A stretch of DNA of 64,000 nucleotides from Lobosporangium transversale. Its lineage: Eukaryota. The notes beneath the pieces are model-generated. The model was not told the origin of the DNA, ran no database searches, and worked only from the letters and a program-made list of their open reading frames with translations. Made by a program: the position numbers and the translations under genes. This document shows positions 28,170 through 41,174 of this stretch, piece after piece; position 1 is the stretch's first letter; the number at the start of each line of letters is the position of its first letter. The stretch covers positions 186,001 to 250,000 of the forward strand of contig NW_019029013.1 of NCBI RefSeq assembly GCF_002105155.1, given 5' to 3'.

Positions 28170-30241
28170 TTAAACAGCTATGGTTTCTTTGCGACGTTTG
28201 ATACGAACGGGCAGACCTCCATCCACCGGAAGTGTCAAGGAAGGCAAGTATGCAGGCTCAAGATCGGGGTTCACGAGTTCAAATGTGAAACGTTGGATCA
28301 ACATAGACATAAGTGTAACAGCTTCGATGGTGGCAAACTGCTGTCCGAGGCTGTTCAAACAAGCGAAACAAGGAGTATGAGATCAATGTCAGCGTCTGTA
28401 AAGATGAAGCTTTGAATGGTTGCTGAAGAAAATGTCTTACCATGTACGTGGGCCACTATGGAAGGAAATAAACTTGGTGGAAGATGGCTTGCTCCCTTTC
28501 ATCCAACGCTCAGGTTTGTATTCCTTTGCATCTGGTCCCCAGATATGAGTCGCACGGCCCATGGCATATAAATTCCATGCTACGCGCTCACCCTTGTATA
28601 CTTTAAGACCACCAGGTAGGACATCATCCTCAATACAGATCCTTGAGTTCCTGGAGACTGAAGGGTAAAGCCTCAATGCTTCATTGAAGCAAGCCTCGGC
28701 ATATTTTTGCTGTTTGGTACTTTCATAAGTTGGCTTCTCTCCCTTCAAGACCTCCTCTGTTTCCTTGACCAACTTTTGGACCAGTTCTGGCCCTGCCTGC
28801 GTGCGGTGCATGAGGTAGAATGTCCAAGTAAGTGCCTGTGCGGTCGTATCGCGGCCAGCAATGAGGGAGTTGAGGACACTGTCCACAAGCATATCGTCTG
28901 AGAGCTTCGTAGCCTCATCAACATTACCAACGTTGTCAGTACCCACGTCCATGAATAACTGCAATAGGTCTTTTTGGTGCGGGTTTCCATGTTTTGCAGC
29001 AAGTGAAGGAGATGTCTGGTTATTGCGTCGATCTTGAATAATATTGAGAGCATACTCTCGAACAAACTTGCTATCCTTTGCAATTTGTTTCCCTCGACCT
29101 GTCAACCAGAGCTTGAGGCCCCAAAATGGTGTCGAAGCTCCACCAGCGAGAAGATGATTGAGATGATCGAACGCAACTGCAAATTCGGTCGGATGCTCCG
29201 GATCGTCTAAGCAGCCAAAGGTCTGCCCAAAAGCGATTTCGCCAAAAGAATCTATTATTCGCTCAATTAACGATAGGATATGAGATATTAGTAACGAACC
29301 AAGTATATGTACATGTACAGTCGACTCTCTCAATAAGAGTACGTGCGAGACCCATGTAAGGGAATTTATCCGGTCAGAAACAGGTCCCTTTCCGTCGAAG
29401 AGAATCGAACGTCATGTTTTAAAACGGTTATAAAATGATCATTTGGATACTATTTGTCTTACCGAGAGTGAAACAATTGAACAGTTGCTGAAGATCGATT
29501 ACTTTTCCAGAATTGGCATATTTATCGATATAATTTATAACTGTTTGAGCTTCACGACAAAATACTTCTGAAGTATACTGCCGGAAAGCTTTGGCAGAAA
29601 ATATGTTGCTTGTCAACTTGCGCTGCCACTTCCAGTGCGCGCCATCTGCACCGAAAATGCCTTTTTATTATAATAATAAAGCAGCGAGAAAAATTTTGAC
29701 ATTAGATCGCAGCCAATTTTTTTTTAATTTTGTTATTTTGCTCATACTCTTCGGTCTGTAAAGTGGTGTGTGCATTATGTGTATTCTTACCTGCTCCTAT
29801 TAAAGGCCACAAAGTAGTCTTGCTTCTAGGATCCTTCTCATACGCCCAGAAATTGACTCGTAAGACATGGTCCAAAATTTCAGGCTCCATAACATTGATC
29901 GTCCGACCAACACCAGGGGCCGCGGTCGTATAAATTTTACCATATTTCGCATAGGTTGCTTCTTGCGCTTGCAACAAGTGCTTCCTCTTCAACATTAGTA
30001 CTCCGAACAGATTACCCACGAGTGGTAGGCCTGGAGGGCCAGGAATTTCAGGACGAGGACGTATTCCATAGACCGATCGACGATACTTGTACAGAATAAA
30101 TATGAAATATAAACTACCAATGAGTTTAAGGACGCGAGTGTTTTTGCTACCATCGAAGCGACCAAGAAATGAGAGTACACGATTGATAGGAAGGATGAGC
30201 GAGGCCTTTGACCTAGAGGTGGGAATCACTGCAGTGGACAT
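28170..30241 (-). CDS. Cytochrome P450, CYP86-clan/CYP704-like (putative fatty-acid hydroxylase)
   Basis: Four exons. PGPPGLPLVGNL, GIFGADGAHWKWQRK, I-helix IAGRDTT, EALRLYP, PERW, heme motif FHSGPRTC|LGQ with the Cys codon split by an intron. Substrate is inference. Confidence 0.92.
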
Positions 30242-30808
30242 GGCTAGGTTGATACAGCTGCGTTGAAAGAGCAAAATAAAATGGGAATCTATGAGTAGGA
30301 AGAAATGGAAAGGAGCAACAGAGGCAAGATATCTTTTACTCGTTTGATGAAGATTGAGAAAGGAGAAGAGAATAAAGGAACATCTCAACCATAGTGGATT
30401 GGTTATATAAATTCTCACTTTTAGCCCTTACTACGTCAATTGGTCCTCGACTTCCAGTTTTCAACAGCATTTAATCTATTTGCTAGGTCTTGGATCTTTT
30501 TTCTGGGTAATCTGTTGTCGATTACAAGTATTTTGTTAAGTAAAAGGCCTATAATTGAATTTTTCTAACCAACATTTGTATATGCGATAAAGACATGTTG
30601 ATATATTGGGGCTCTTGCTTCTACCAATCCAATGAACTTTACAATTTAATTTTTGAAGATTGATTTCTGCTATCAAGAAAAGCAGAAAGTAAAGAAAAGA
30701 AAAAAAAAAACGTTCAATATTTACAACAGCATCCGTTAAAAAAAAAAAAAAAAAAAAAAATATAAAAATGACAGATGGCGGATGAGGAAAAAGATCGTTC
30801 TCTTTTTT

Positions 30809-32056
30809 TTACAAGTCTGAAAACTTGTACCGCAATAGCTCCAACATTACACTATGACACTCTGGAAGGTCCACATAGGGTAAAAAGGGGTCCTTTTCAC
30901 CTTTACTAATCAAGGTGCTCATCCTATTACTCATGAATTCAAGTGCTCCTTCCCTAATTTTTGGAAAAGAACGACCAGTACTGAAAAGAATAGAGAATAC
31001 ATTGGACTCGTCAATTGATGCCAATATCTCCTCCACACAATGATCTCGGAGTCCCTCGACCTCGAAGTGGTCAGCAGCCACGAGCAATTCATCCCATCTC
31101 ACGTCCCTTAGCTTCCAGATTGAGCTCGTGTCGTCAAAAGGAGGCCAACGAACCGATTCCTTAGTTTGGCTGATGAGCCCTCTCACGACCAGTTCACCAT
31201 CCGTCATACTCAAAGCATAGTTCTTAGCGTCCACACTGAGTTCAATCTTGCCTGTGTAAAGATACATGAGCAATGCACACATAGTGGTTATCGAGAAATC
31301 ATCAATGCAAATCAGCAGAGGAACGCCCAAACTGCTGCTATCGCCTCTGCTATCCTTTTTAACATTACTGCCTCGTGACGATAGCTTCTTAGATGAAGAC
31401 TCAAGCATCTTTGCGAAAGGCTTATATTCCAAAAGGATAGCGCGATGTGCCCAAAGTCCAACATTAGCATATGTCACGTCCGAGCAGAATGCGAAGCAAA
31501 CATCCACTGAGTAGATGTCCTTTAGCATCGTCTGCATTATGTTACGACTTTTAGTAAGTTCCGTTTCTTCAGTTGGGCTCAACGGTGGCAGTAAGGGCTC
31601 ATCGCTGGTGGAGAATATGAGATCGAAACAATATTTGCCTTGATAAAGAACCCTATTTGCCGGAATCGATGCTACTCCAAAAGATGAAATAGAGTTTTTC
31701 AATTCATCAACGAATGATGTGACAGATTACATAATAAAGTTTTACTTTGTCTCCAAGTAAAAGTGTCCCATACCAGTAAAAGTGCTATTTGAAGAACTTG
31801 ACTCTGTATGCGGTGCACCTTTATGTGTGGCAACTACATGCATCTTTTTGAACAATGATGCCAACTTCCCGAGGCCGCCTCTTGCGGTCGATGTAGCGCT
31901 GATCTTTAAAGCCTCTCGGTCCTTCGAAATGGTAATGGACCAAGAAATGCCATTCAATTCGGCTGCATGTTGAACATGCCAATATGTTAATGTCCGAAGT
32001 GGAGCCTCGATCCTCAATCTTGCTTCATGAACCTGTGTCACTTGGAAGTCAAGCAT
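30809..32056 (-). CDS. BTB/POZ domain protein with MATH-like N-domain (paralog C)
   Basis: Exon 32056-31774, phase-1 intron 31773-31672, exon 31671-30809. VDVCFAF, WAHRAILL, LLMYLYTG, LLVAADHFEVEGL. Confidence 0.85.
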
Positions 32057-32673
32057 GACATGTAATTGTGTGAACAGTTGAAAGGAGTAAAGTTCAAATC
32101 CACAATCCTACACTGATCCTTTTTTTTAAAAAAATTCACTTGGCCCGCCTATACTTTCTTGTGCATAATCTTAAACAACAACAAGCTGCCTCTTTTCAAC
32201 GGTTCATCAAAATCACATGATTCCGAGTGAGGAGTATTGAAGGTTGCAGAAAATTCGGATATAGTCTACAGTCATGTCTCTCTACAACAATTAAAGCGTT
32301 TGGAGAAGCGCCCGCTTCAAAAATATACTATTTGAACCTTTTAATTTGAGTTTGTCTGATATCACACGCTTGAATTGACATTTGGTCAAAATGGTCGTGG
32401 TTGTGTCATGGGTGCTCTAGAGGGGCTCAACTGAACATGTGATGTCGCACGATTTAAGTTTCCTGCGCTTTGACATCTTTTTGTGAAACCAACTATGCAT
32501 GCATCGGCCACATCTTACGCGACTGCTGAACAGTGATTATTTTTGTTTTATTCAAAATGCAGTATCAGAGAAAAGTATAGAATAGTACCGCCTGATAAGT
32601 AAAGCTATTGTTCGTTGAGGCGTTTGATAAAGCTGTGCAAGAATGATGATTTGAGGAATTGATGATCGATGTT

Positions 32674-33997
32674 TTATAAGCCTTGATTGCCCTTGTGACG
32701 CATCACTTCAACCATCAGTTCATAGCACGAAGGATGGTCCTTGTATGGTGCGAATGGGTCTCGCTCCTGATTAAACAATGAACCCATCATATTCGCAATG
32801 TAATCAATAGCTTCCAGCTTAATATCCTTATATTTCTGCCCAACGTTGAACAGAATATCAAGCGCGTTAGACTCATTAATGGATGCGATCACTTCTTCCT
32901 CGCACCGAGCCTGAAGATCAGTCACTCCATAATAATCTGCTGCCTTGAGTAGATCCATCCAAGTGACATCCTTAAACCTCCATCCAGAGTCGAGGCCCAA
33001 GGGATGCCTGGTTGAGTTTTTGCCTTGTCCGCTAGTTGAGCCGTCGCCCTCTGACTGTTTGATGGCAAACTTGCTGGTGTCAACAGAGAGCTCAATGTCG
33101 CCAGTATAAACATACATTAAAAGTGCACAGATCGTAGCCATCATAAACTCGTCATCGATCAACAGACAACAGCGGTCATCATCTTCTTCGTATTCGCTCT
33201 CATCTCCTTCATCAGACTCACCCGAGTAGGAATCCGAAGAGCGTGAAGAGTCACGCGATTTGTCGCCTTTGAACCGCACGATCTTCCTCTCTTTTGACTC
33301 TTTAGCCGGGGGTGAGTTGATGAACTCAGCAAGGGGCTTGTATCGTTTTAAGATGGTTTGGTGTGCCCAGAGCCCAAAATTTGAGCAGCTCTTGTCAGAG
33401 GGGAAGGAGAAGCACAAATCAACGGTGGTGAGATCTTTAAGTAGTGTAAGCATAATCTCACGGTGCTTGACAAGAGCTTGAGGGTGCTTGGGGTCCCCTC
33501 TTAAGGGCCCTGTAATCCGATTCAAGTCTGTTGTAAGCACAACATCAAAGCAGTATTGGCCATTAAAAAGCACTCCCTGAATAGGGACCTTGACTATTAT
33601 TTTATATTGAAAAATAAAGAGCTTTTACTTTCACAACTTTCAAATACTTTTTGCTCAACATTTCGTATGCAAACTGCTTACCTTGAAAATCTTCGTTAGG
33701 CTCGTCTGAGTGCTTCACAGTAGTCGCAACAGGAAGGACAGAGTTCTTTTGTGGAACAACAAGCATTTTTTTGTATGGGATTTTAGGCGTCGACCTCTGA
33801 CACACATATTTTTCGATATGCATATTCACCTCGAGGTTCAAGTCCTTTCGGGTTATAGTCATATGCATCGTATACCAATGGTCAAGAGTACTTGAAATGG
33901 ATAAATGCGCCGTGGTATTAGGGCCAGATTCTGTAAGCTCTCCGCAAACCACAGGGAGGATTACATCATGGTCTTCTTTAAGCTTTATGGTAGTCAT
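32674..33997 (-). CDS. BTB/POZ domain protein with MATH-like N-domain (paralog D)
   Basis: Exon 33997-33682, phase-1 intron 33681-33594, exon 33593-32674. VDLCFSF, WAHQTILK, LLMYVYTG, LLKAADYYGVTDLQARC. Confidence 0.87.
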
Positions 33998-34213
33998 ATC
34001 TGGACAGGTGGTCTTGAAAAGTGGTGTGAGGTTGGAGGTAGAGAGAAAAAGAAAGTGATGGTGGCAAACGCGCTAAAAAAATATGCAAGTTTATCACGTG
34101 TAGCGAAGGTGACGGTTTTTTGAGTTGCCCTAGTGACAATAACAAAACCATTAAGTTTTTTTTACTTGCTCTCACACTCTCATCTCTCTTCCATTACCAT
34201 CGATCGTATTAAT
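33998..34213. promoter_or_regulatory. Probable compact bidirectional promoter (BTB paralog D / PA2G4)
   Basis: Divergent ATGs are separated by only 216 nt, with a central TCACGTG at 34094-34100. Confidence 0.55.
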
Positions 34214-36042
34214 ATGAGCAAGACTGCCGACAAGAAGAAGCTCACCGTCACCGTCCAGGAGCCCGAGGATATCACCGTCGCGTAAGGATTCTGTTTTCGC
34301 TCGCTCTTGACGTGAATGAATTTCTACCTACTCGACAAAAGTTTCAAAAGATAAAAAATAAAAAGTGTTGCCGCGCCCTCATACCCTTTACGCAAAACAA
34401 CAAACACGCGTTGTACAGGACCCACTTAAGCCATACACTCAACTCCCCCTCTACATGAATCGCTCAGCATAATTGAACATTACTACCATTTCTGTTTTTG
34501 CACCTGAATTTTTTACTTATACCTCTTTCATAATGAATGCCTTTTTTTTTTTTTTCCTTCTTCTTTCCGCGTATTAGTAACACCGATGTCCTCACCAAGT
34601 ACAAGGCTGCTGCCGATATCACCAACCGTATGTATCAGACGCCACAAATGTAGCCCCCTCACTCTTCCCTCTTCAAAGTCGTGGGAACAATTGGTGAAAA
34701 TTATAAAAAACCAGACCATTCTAAAACGTGACTAAAATGCACACCAATTGTTTTATTAATTGTAGGCGTGATTGCTCAGGTCACTGCTGCTTGCGTTGAC
34801 GGAGCCTCCGTCTTGGAGATCTGCATCAATGGCGACAAGGCTATCGAGGAGGCGACCAAGACTGTCTACACCAAGGGAAAGATCAGCAAGGGTAATATTC
34901 TTATTTCTAACTATCTCGAGGAAATATAATATGGCGTTTTGTCATTAAATTTTTTATAATGTTATGTGTGCATTTTATTGTGTTAGGTGTCGGCTTTCCT
35001 ACTTCGCTCTCGGTCAACAACATCATCTGCCACTTCTCCCCTCTTGCCTCTGATCCCGAGGCTGACCAGAAGTTGAAGACTGGTGATATGGTCAAGATGT
35101 ATGTGTTGGTAAATGGGACAATTGTATTAATCAAAAAAAAGTAGATAACCCTAACATACTCGCTATATATTACTTTCTTTTCATCCAATTGCTTATAGTG
35201 AGCTTGGTGCTCAGATTGATGGATTTGGTGCCATTGCTGCCACTACTATCGTTGTTGGTGCCTCCAAGGAGAACCCTATTAAGGGCAAGCAAGCAGATGT
35301 CCTCATGGCTGCCCACCATGCTGCCGAAGCTGCTGTTCGCTTGATCCGTGCCGGCAATGCCAACACTCCTGTGACTGACCATGTTCAACGCATTGCTGCT
35401 GCCTATGGTTGCAAGCCAGTCGAGGGTATGCTTTCTCACCAGCAGGAGAAGAATGTTATTGACGGCAAGAAGCAGATCATTCTCAATCCCACTGAAGGCC
35501 AGCGTCAGGACTTTGAGAAGTGCACCTTTGCTGAGAATGAGGTCTACTGTGTCGATATCATGATCTCCTCAGGCGATGGAAAGATCAAGAGCAGCACTAC
35601 TCGCACCACCATCTACAAGAAGACTGCCACCAACTATAGCTTGAAGATGCAGACCTCACGTGTTGTCCTGTCCGAGATCACTAAGAAGTTTGGTCAGTTC
35701 CCCTTCAACTTGCGCTTGATGGATGATGAGCGCAAAGCCCGCATGGGTCTTTTGGAGTGCATCAAGCACAACGTTGTCAACGCATATGACGTCATGGAAG
35801 AGAAGGATGGCGAATTTGTTGCCCAGTTCTTGTTCACCGTCTGCGTCATGCCTTCAGGTCCTCTCCGCATCACCAACACCCCCATTGACCTCGAGATCAT
35901 TCAGTCGGAGAAGAAGATTGAGGATGAAGAAATTTTGAAGCTTTTGGCTTCTGAGATCAGGCCCAAGAAGAAGAGTGCCAATAAGAAGAAGAAGGCCGAT
36001 GCTGCTGCTGCTGCTCCTGCTGAAGAGAAGAAGGACGAATAG
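34214..36042 (+). CDS. PA2G4: Proliferation-associated 2G4 / EBP1 / curved DNA-binding protein (M24 fold)
   Basis: Five exons encode [70 protein letters not shown] and a Lys-rich C-terminal tail. Confidence 0.93.
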
Positions 36043-36282
36043 ACATGTTAATGGAAGGTCGTCCTTTATTTTTGATCAAATAATAATAAAAAAACCAAAT
36101 AAGATGATGCGAGTGTGATTACGATTTCAAAAAGAACAGGAGAAAAAAAAAAAAAAAAGCTATATGGAGGGAGCTGCACTTTATTTATTTATATTATATG
36201 TTTTCTGAACAACGACAAACTATATATATAGTTAACAATGCTTTTTATTATTGCTTTGGTAATAAACTTTATTCTGCATTAT

Positions 36283-38385
36283 TTACTTCGAGGCAGTATT
36301 CGTCTTCGCCGTCCAGAGCTCTTTCAAGATGTCGGCCATAATTGAGCTGCATTCTTCATGCTCATAATATTTCGCCAAAGCATCCTTTGCCGCCACAGAA
36401 CTCATACAAAATTGGACAATATATTTGATTACGGGCAACCTTAGATCCTCAAATAAATAAGCGGTCCTGAACAGGAATGGAACTACCCAGGCAGTGCTCA
36501 GGTTCCTCAAAATTCGTTCAGCTGCTCTGTCCCTCAATTCAGTTACATTATATCGGTCTGCTACCAAGTAAACATCCTCCCATGTTGGAACGTTTTCTTG
36601 AACAAAGTCCTCTGTCGTGATCCTGGGCTCCATATTTGAAGTCAGCTGGCCCAAATAGAGATGTTCAATCAATATGCGGAAGCACTGAGGGTCTGTGTCT
36701 TTAATCCTAATCGTTTTCGCTCCTGGGCCACCCTCTGCGAATGAACTTGAAAACATGGTACGGAAATATTCAAATTGCGACAAGACAATCTTATGCGCAG
36801 TAACGACCTCAATGGTGGTTGCGGAAGAATTAATGGAAGATCCCCCCTTTCCTTTGTCTTTTTTGATCGAATCAATGTCATCTTTGCTTTTGGGCTTCAA
36901 CAATCCTTGGTCTTTATCTACCTCAGTCATGCTGCTGGAAACCTTACTTGTTTTTTCCGAATCCTCCTCTTCCTCATCTGACTCTTCTGGCACTCCATCA
37001 TCGATATCCTCGATCTTTAGCTCTCTTGCAAGCTCAGGAAACGCGTCGTAGCTACTATTGCTGCTTGTATTGGCTGGGTCATGTTCAGGAGTTTTGTCAG
37101 AGATCGGTTCTTGGACGTAAGATTGGCAAGGCACTTCAAACTCAAAGGATACATCATGCGAGTCAACATCCTGAAGCATCCTGTTCAAAATAGAAAAGCA
37201 ATGCATAGCGCTAGTGGAAATAGGATGAGATTCCAAGTCGGAGTCACTGGACAGTGTTACAATAATTGAATAAAAGCCATTAGGCCCTAAAGTAAATAAG
37301 TCTTGCAGCAAAGGATCTATCAGCAGTACCAAAAGGGGAAGGTATTCGTTCAATTGAGTTCAAAGCTATTGCTGTCAATGATTGCAGCATCTCTACGGTA
37401 GAAAGGAAGAAAAAAAAAAAAAAAAAAAAAAAAAAAGACCAAGATACACCATACGAGAGATACTAATCTTTCGGCTATCAACCCAGTCGGTCGTCGTCAT
37501 ATTTTCATTCAACGTCTTGCTCTTGTTTGTGATACTGGCTCTGGTTACCCACATGAGTTGCGAATAATCCTTTTCGGTTGCACAGATAATTTGAAATAAA
37601 AAACAGTTTTCGATCTTTTTGACTGCACATTGAAACTCGTATTCGTTCTGGCCAGATTTGCACTTGTACGAACGCGTAAAACCATCGCCGCTTTTGAAAA
37701 GGACATCTATAAGTCTCCATTCGAACTCGAAGCGAATCATTTTCACAATATCCGATTGAACCATCGTCGCTGATAATGATGCTATAGGACTTGCTGTCGT
37801 CGCTGTGGACGAAGCTGTATGCTGTGAGTTAGCTAAATTATATGTAGGTGTTGTTGATGATGCCACAGACTCAAAAACTAAGCCAAATAGAGGAACAGGT
37901 GAGGCACTCGAATTACCAGCACTGAAGCCACTTGCAGTAGTCGTAGCTGTCATCGCAGGGGCTATGCCCGCAGGAGTGGCTATAGAACTCGGCGGTGCTG
38001 CAAATGCAAATGGACTATTTACGACTGTAGCTGTAGTTGTAGGAACCGTCGTTGATGCTGTGAAAGCAGTTACAGCTGGTGTAGCGGCAGCAGTAGTACC
38101 TGATGCGGCCGCTGGTGTGACTGTGGCAGCCGTTGGTGTCGGACCAAAACTGCTATGGAACGGTGAAGATGCTCTAATGGTGCCAAGCGGGTTGGGAGAG
38201 GTGACATTGTTGGTACTTCTCGAGCTCGGATTTGCTAGATAGGGTATACAATTCACTGCCTCGACTGGCTGGGTGTTATTCCCCCCAAAGGTGCTAGAAG
38301 AACCTGTGTTGGCAATAGGGTTCCCTGCATTAGACTGCCAATTTCTAGATGGCCAAAGGCCAGCAGAGGTCTTTCGTGTCGCCAT
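36283..38385 (-). CDS. BTB/POZ protein with Ser/Thr/Ala-rich N-terminus, MATH-like domain and acidic insert (paralog E)
   Basis: ORF 38385-37393 (low complexity, then RFEFEWRL...) splices to ORF 37353-36283 (HDVSFEF, TAHKIVLSQFEYFRTMFSSSFAEG, LIEHLYLG, VADRYNVTEL). Exact splicing around 37290-37455 is uncertain. Confidence 0.8.
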
Positions 38386-39219
38386 TCCTGGTAGTGTTGT
38401 GAAATGGATGAATGGATGAAGCCAAGGATTTGTGTGAGATTTTACATTCTTTCAAAACCAATAAGAAGCCACTAAAAAATCAAGGAAGGATTGACCGCAT
38501 TCTCTTAATTTCTCCCTTGAATTAGTATATCTCAGCCTTGGTATTGTGGTGTAAGTAAATATCAAGTATCAAGTTCCTTCCATATTCCTTAATGATTATT
38601 GAAAATGTCAGTCCACGGCTACCATTGAGGTAGTTTATGAATCAGATTTTTCATAAAAGCCTTGAGACTTTGGTGCAACTGAAGCCTTTGCATGCTACCT
38701 TAACATGAGCGCAGCCTCTCCATTCTTCTCAGACATAGACTTGCAAGCGGGAGGCAGATAAGATTCCAAGAGAGCGCCCACTATTCAACTCTTAAAAGTA
38801 TACAACAACATTGCTTATTCTTAACTGAGAAATGCTTTGTTCATTTAGAAATATTGGAACGTGAACAGCTCTAGTCCATTAACATACACCCGATTTATAA
38901 TAACAATAATTTAAAAAAAAAAAAAAAGGTACCCTAAATACTATGGTTGTGTGAAGAAGCGCCATTGCCATGTGGTTGAGGAAAAGTTGCTTTGCATTTT
39001 GCCAGGTCTCGAGAAGTTTCTTTGACACTTGATACTTTTAGGTGTTTATGAAAGGACTTTTATTTTTTATTTTTCAATGGCATGATCATGAAAGCGAGAA
39101 GATATTTTGTAAATATATTTAATGTACAACATAGCAAGCACTTTGCTATCTAATATTTCGCTAGATGATTCTACAGATGATGATACATGGGTTGTACTGC
39201 TTTTATGTGTGTGTATTTT

Positions 39220-40443
39220 TCATTCGGTTTGAAAACCTTGACCTTGGCCACAGGTGCCACGACGAAGGTGACGAACCATCTGGTCACGACGACCAAAGCC
39301 CTCACCACATCCTCCGGTGCACAAGTACTTCTTGACCAAAGCATGCTTAGCATCGACGTGACGGCGAAGATCGTGCTTGCGCTTGAAGTGCAATTCGCAG
39401 CCTGCATACATGCATGGGAAGGGGAAAGAGTCGGTGTGGATGGCCATGTGCGACTTGAGCTGTGTGCGTGTGGGGAAGGGCTTGGTGCAAGTAGGGCAAG
39501 CATAAGACTTGACAGGGCGTGCATTAGCAGGAGGAGTGGTACTGGTGACTGTGGAAGTGCTCGAAGAGGCAGAGCAGACTGAAGAGATTGAGGAGGCGCG
39601 CTGCTGGCGAACGATCACTGGAGCCTCGTAGGCAGAGAGTGCAGAGCATGGCGAAGTGGAGCGACGGTAGGTTTGCTTGGTACGCTTGCTGACGGAGGAA
39701 GTGGCCTGTGAAAGGGAGTTGATTGGGCTAGGCATTATAGGCTGCTGTTGGCCCAAAAAAGCTGTGCTCTCCTCGGTGGCAGAAGGAATATATTGCTCAA
39801 GACCGGTCATTGTAAATGGCAAATTAATTTGGTCGAATAGAGATGCGTCCCATTCTGGGGTCTGCTGTTGCTGTGCAACCATGGATGAGGCATTTCCGTA
39901 AAGAGAAGCGCCATTGTTGACCCAGAAGGGGTCAGAGGCCAAAGGCATAGCGGGTGAAGAGACCAAAGATGAGGAGTAGCTGTAAGGAGAAGAAGGAGGT
40001 GAAACAGATCTGGAAGTGGAAGAGCAGTCTGATTGATCAGCCTGGCTGGGGCTGCTCTGGCAGTTGAAGAAGTTACTAGAGTTGCTGCTATCCTGGGTTT
40101 GGTAGTACTGCTGCAACATATCCAGGGACTGCTCATTGAGGACGATTGAGGGGATGGAGGATGTAGCCTGGATGTCGCCCATGATCTGATCGTCGAGAGA
40201 TGGACAGGTTGGTTTTGCGAGCGTAGGAATAGTTGGAGGGAAAGGAGAGATTCCCATCAAGAGACGCTCAAGCGCAAAGAACATTTCCTCAGAACCCTCT
40301 TGCTGTTTTTCAGTCTGGGATTGGAGGGTGTATTGAGTGGTCGCCTGTTGTTGTGATGAGGAGGCAAGCATGTTTGGGTTGTAAGGGTGCTGTGTGGCAG
40401 AGGTAGTTGTGTAGTGGAAAGGATTAGCTGAGTGAACCTGCAT
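39220..40443 (-). CDS. C2H2 zinc-finger transcription factor (three C-terminal fingers)
   Basis: Single ORF with a Ser/Gln/Pro-rich N-terminus, then YACPTC...SHMAIH, FPCMYAGC...RHVDAKH, YLCTGGC...RHLRRGTC. Confidence 0.9.
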   Translation of the reverse strand: MQVHSANPFHYTTTSATQHPYNPNMLASSSQQQATTQYTLQSQTEKQQEGSEEMFFALERLLMGISPFPPTIPTLAKPTCPSLDDQIMGDIQATSSIPSIVLNEQSLDMLQQYYQTQDSSNSSNFFNCQSSPSQADQSDCSSTSRSVSPPSSPYSYSSSLVSSPAMPLASDPFWVNNGASLYGNASSMVAQQQQTPEWDASLFDQINLPFTMTGLEQYIPSATEESTAFLGQQQPIMPSPINSLSQATSSVSKRTKQTYRRSTSPCSALSAYEAPVIVRQQRASSISSVCSASSSTSTVTSTTPPANARPVKSYACPTCTKPFPTRTQLKSHMAIHTDSFPFPCMYAGCELHFKRKHDLRRHVDAKHALVKKYLCTGGCGEGFGRRDQMVRHLRRGTCGQGQGFQTE

Positions 40444-41142
40444 GGATTTCAAGAAGTGTGAAGTGTGAGAGAGTGTGAGTTTTTTGGTTTTTTTTTATTA
40501 TGATTATGTTTTCTGTAAATGTAAGAAGATGCTTGTATCTGATAGCTTTTTTATAATTGTACAGCTTTTTTTTTTTTTGATGCTAAAGTGTGATGAAGAA
40601 TGAAGATAACAAACGAGGGAATGTGGGTGCTTTTATAGAATCGAGGGTCGTCCAGGGAACAAGTGGGATTGTCGACTCTATAGGATTGAATGGAGTGAAT
40701 AAAGGGAATATATTTAATCGACCTTGGACAACGCACGTTCGTCCTTCTCTGTGCGTCTTTGTTTATTATCCGTTTAAAGCGAAGTCCTATTCAATTCAAC
40801 CCAATTGAGACAACATTGTCATTGATCACAGAGATCACAAAAGAAGTCTATTTTTACGTGCAAAAGGATTTCCTCCCTAGTCAAGGTGCATTCTCTCCCC
40901 ATCAAACCAATCTGTCTAAAACATAATGAGGTTGAACCCTTTTTACATACTCCTCCTCCCTTTCCCCTTTTGCAAGAAGCCTTTTTGGATCCCATTCCTA
41001 ATGAACTTTATAAAGGACAAAGAACCCTGTCGACCCTTTTATCATTGGCCAGACATATCTATTCGTCGACTTCAGTCACAAGTAGCTAGTTGATCTATAA
41101 CAGATCGAGATAAATAAATAAAATATAAAGTCGAATCGAGTC

Positions 41143-41174
<32 letters not shown>

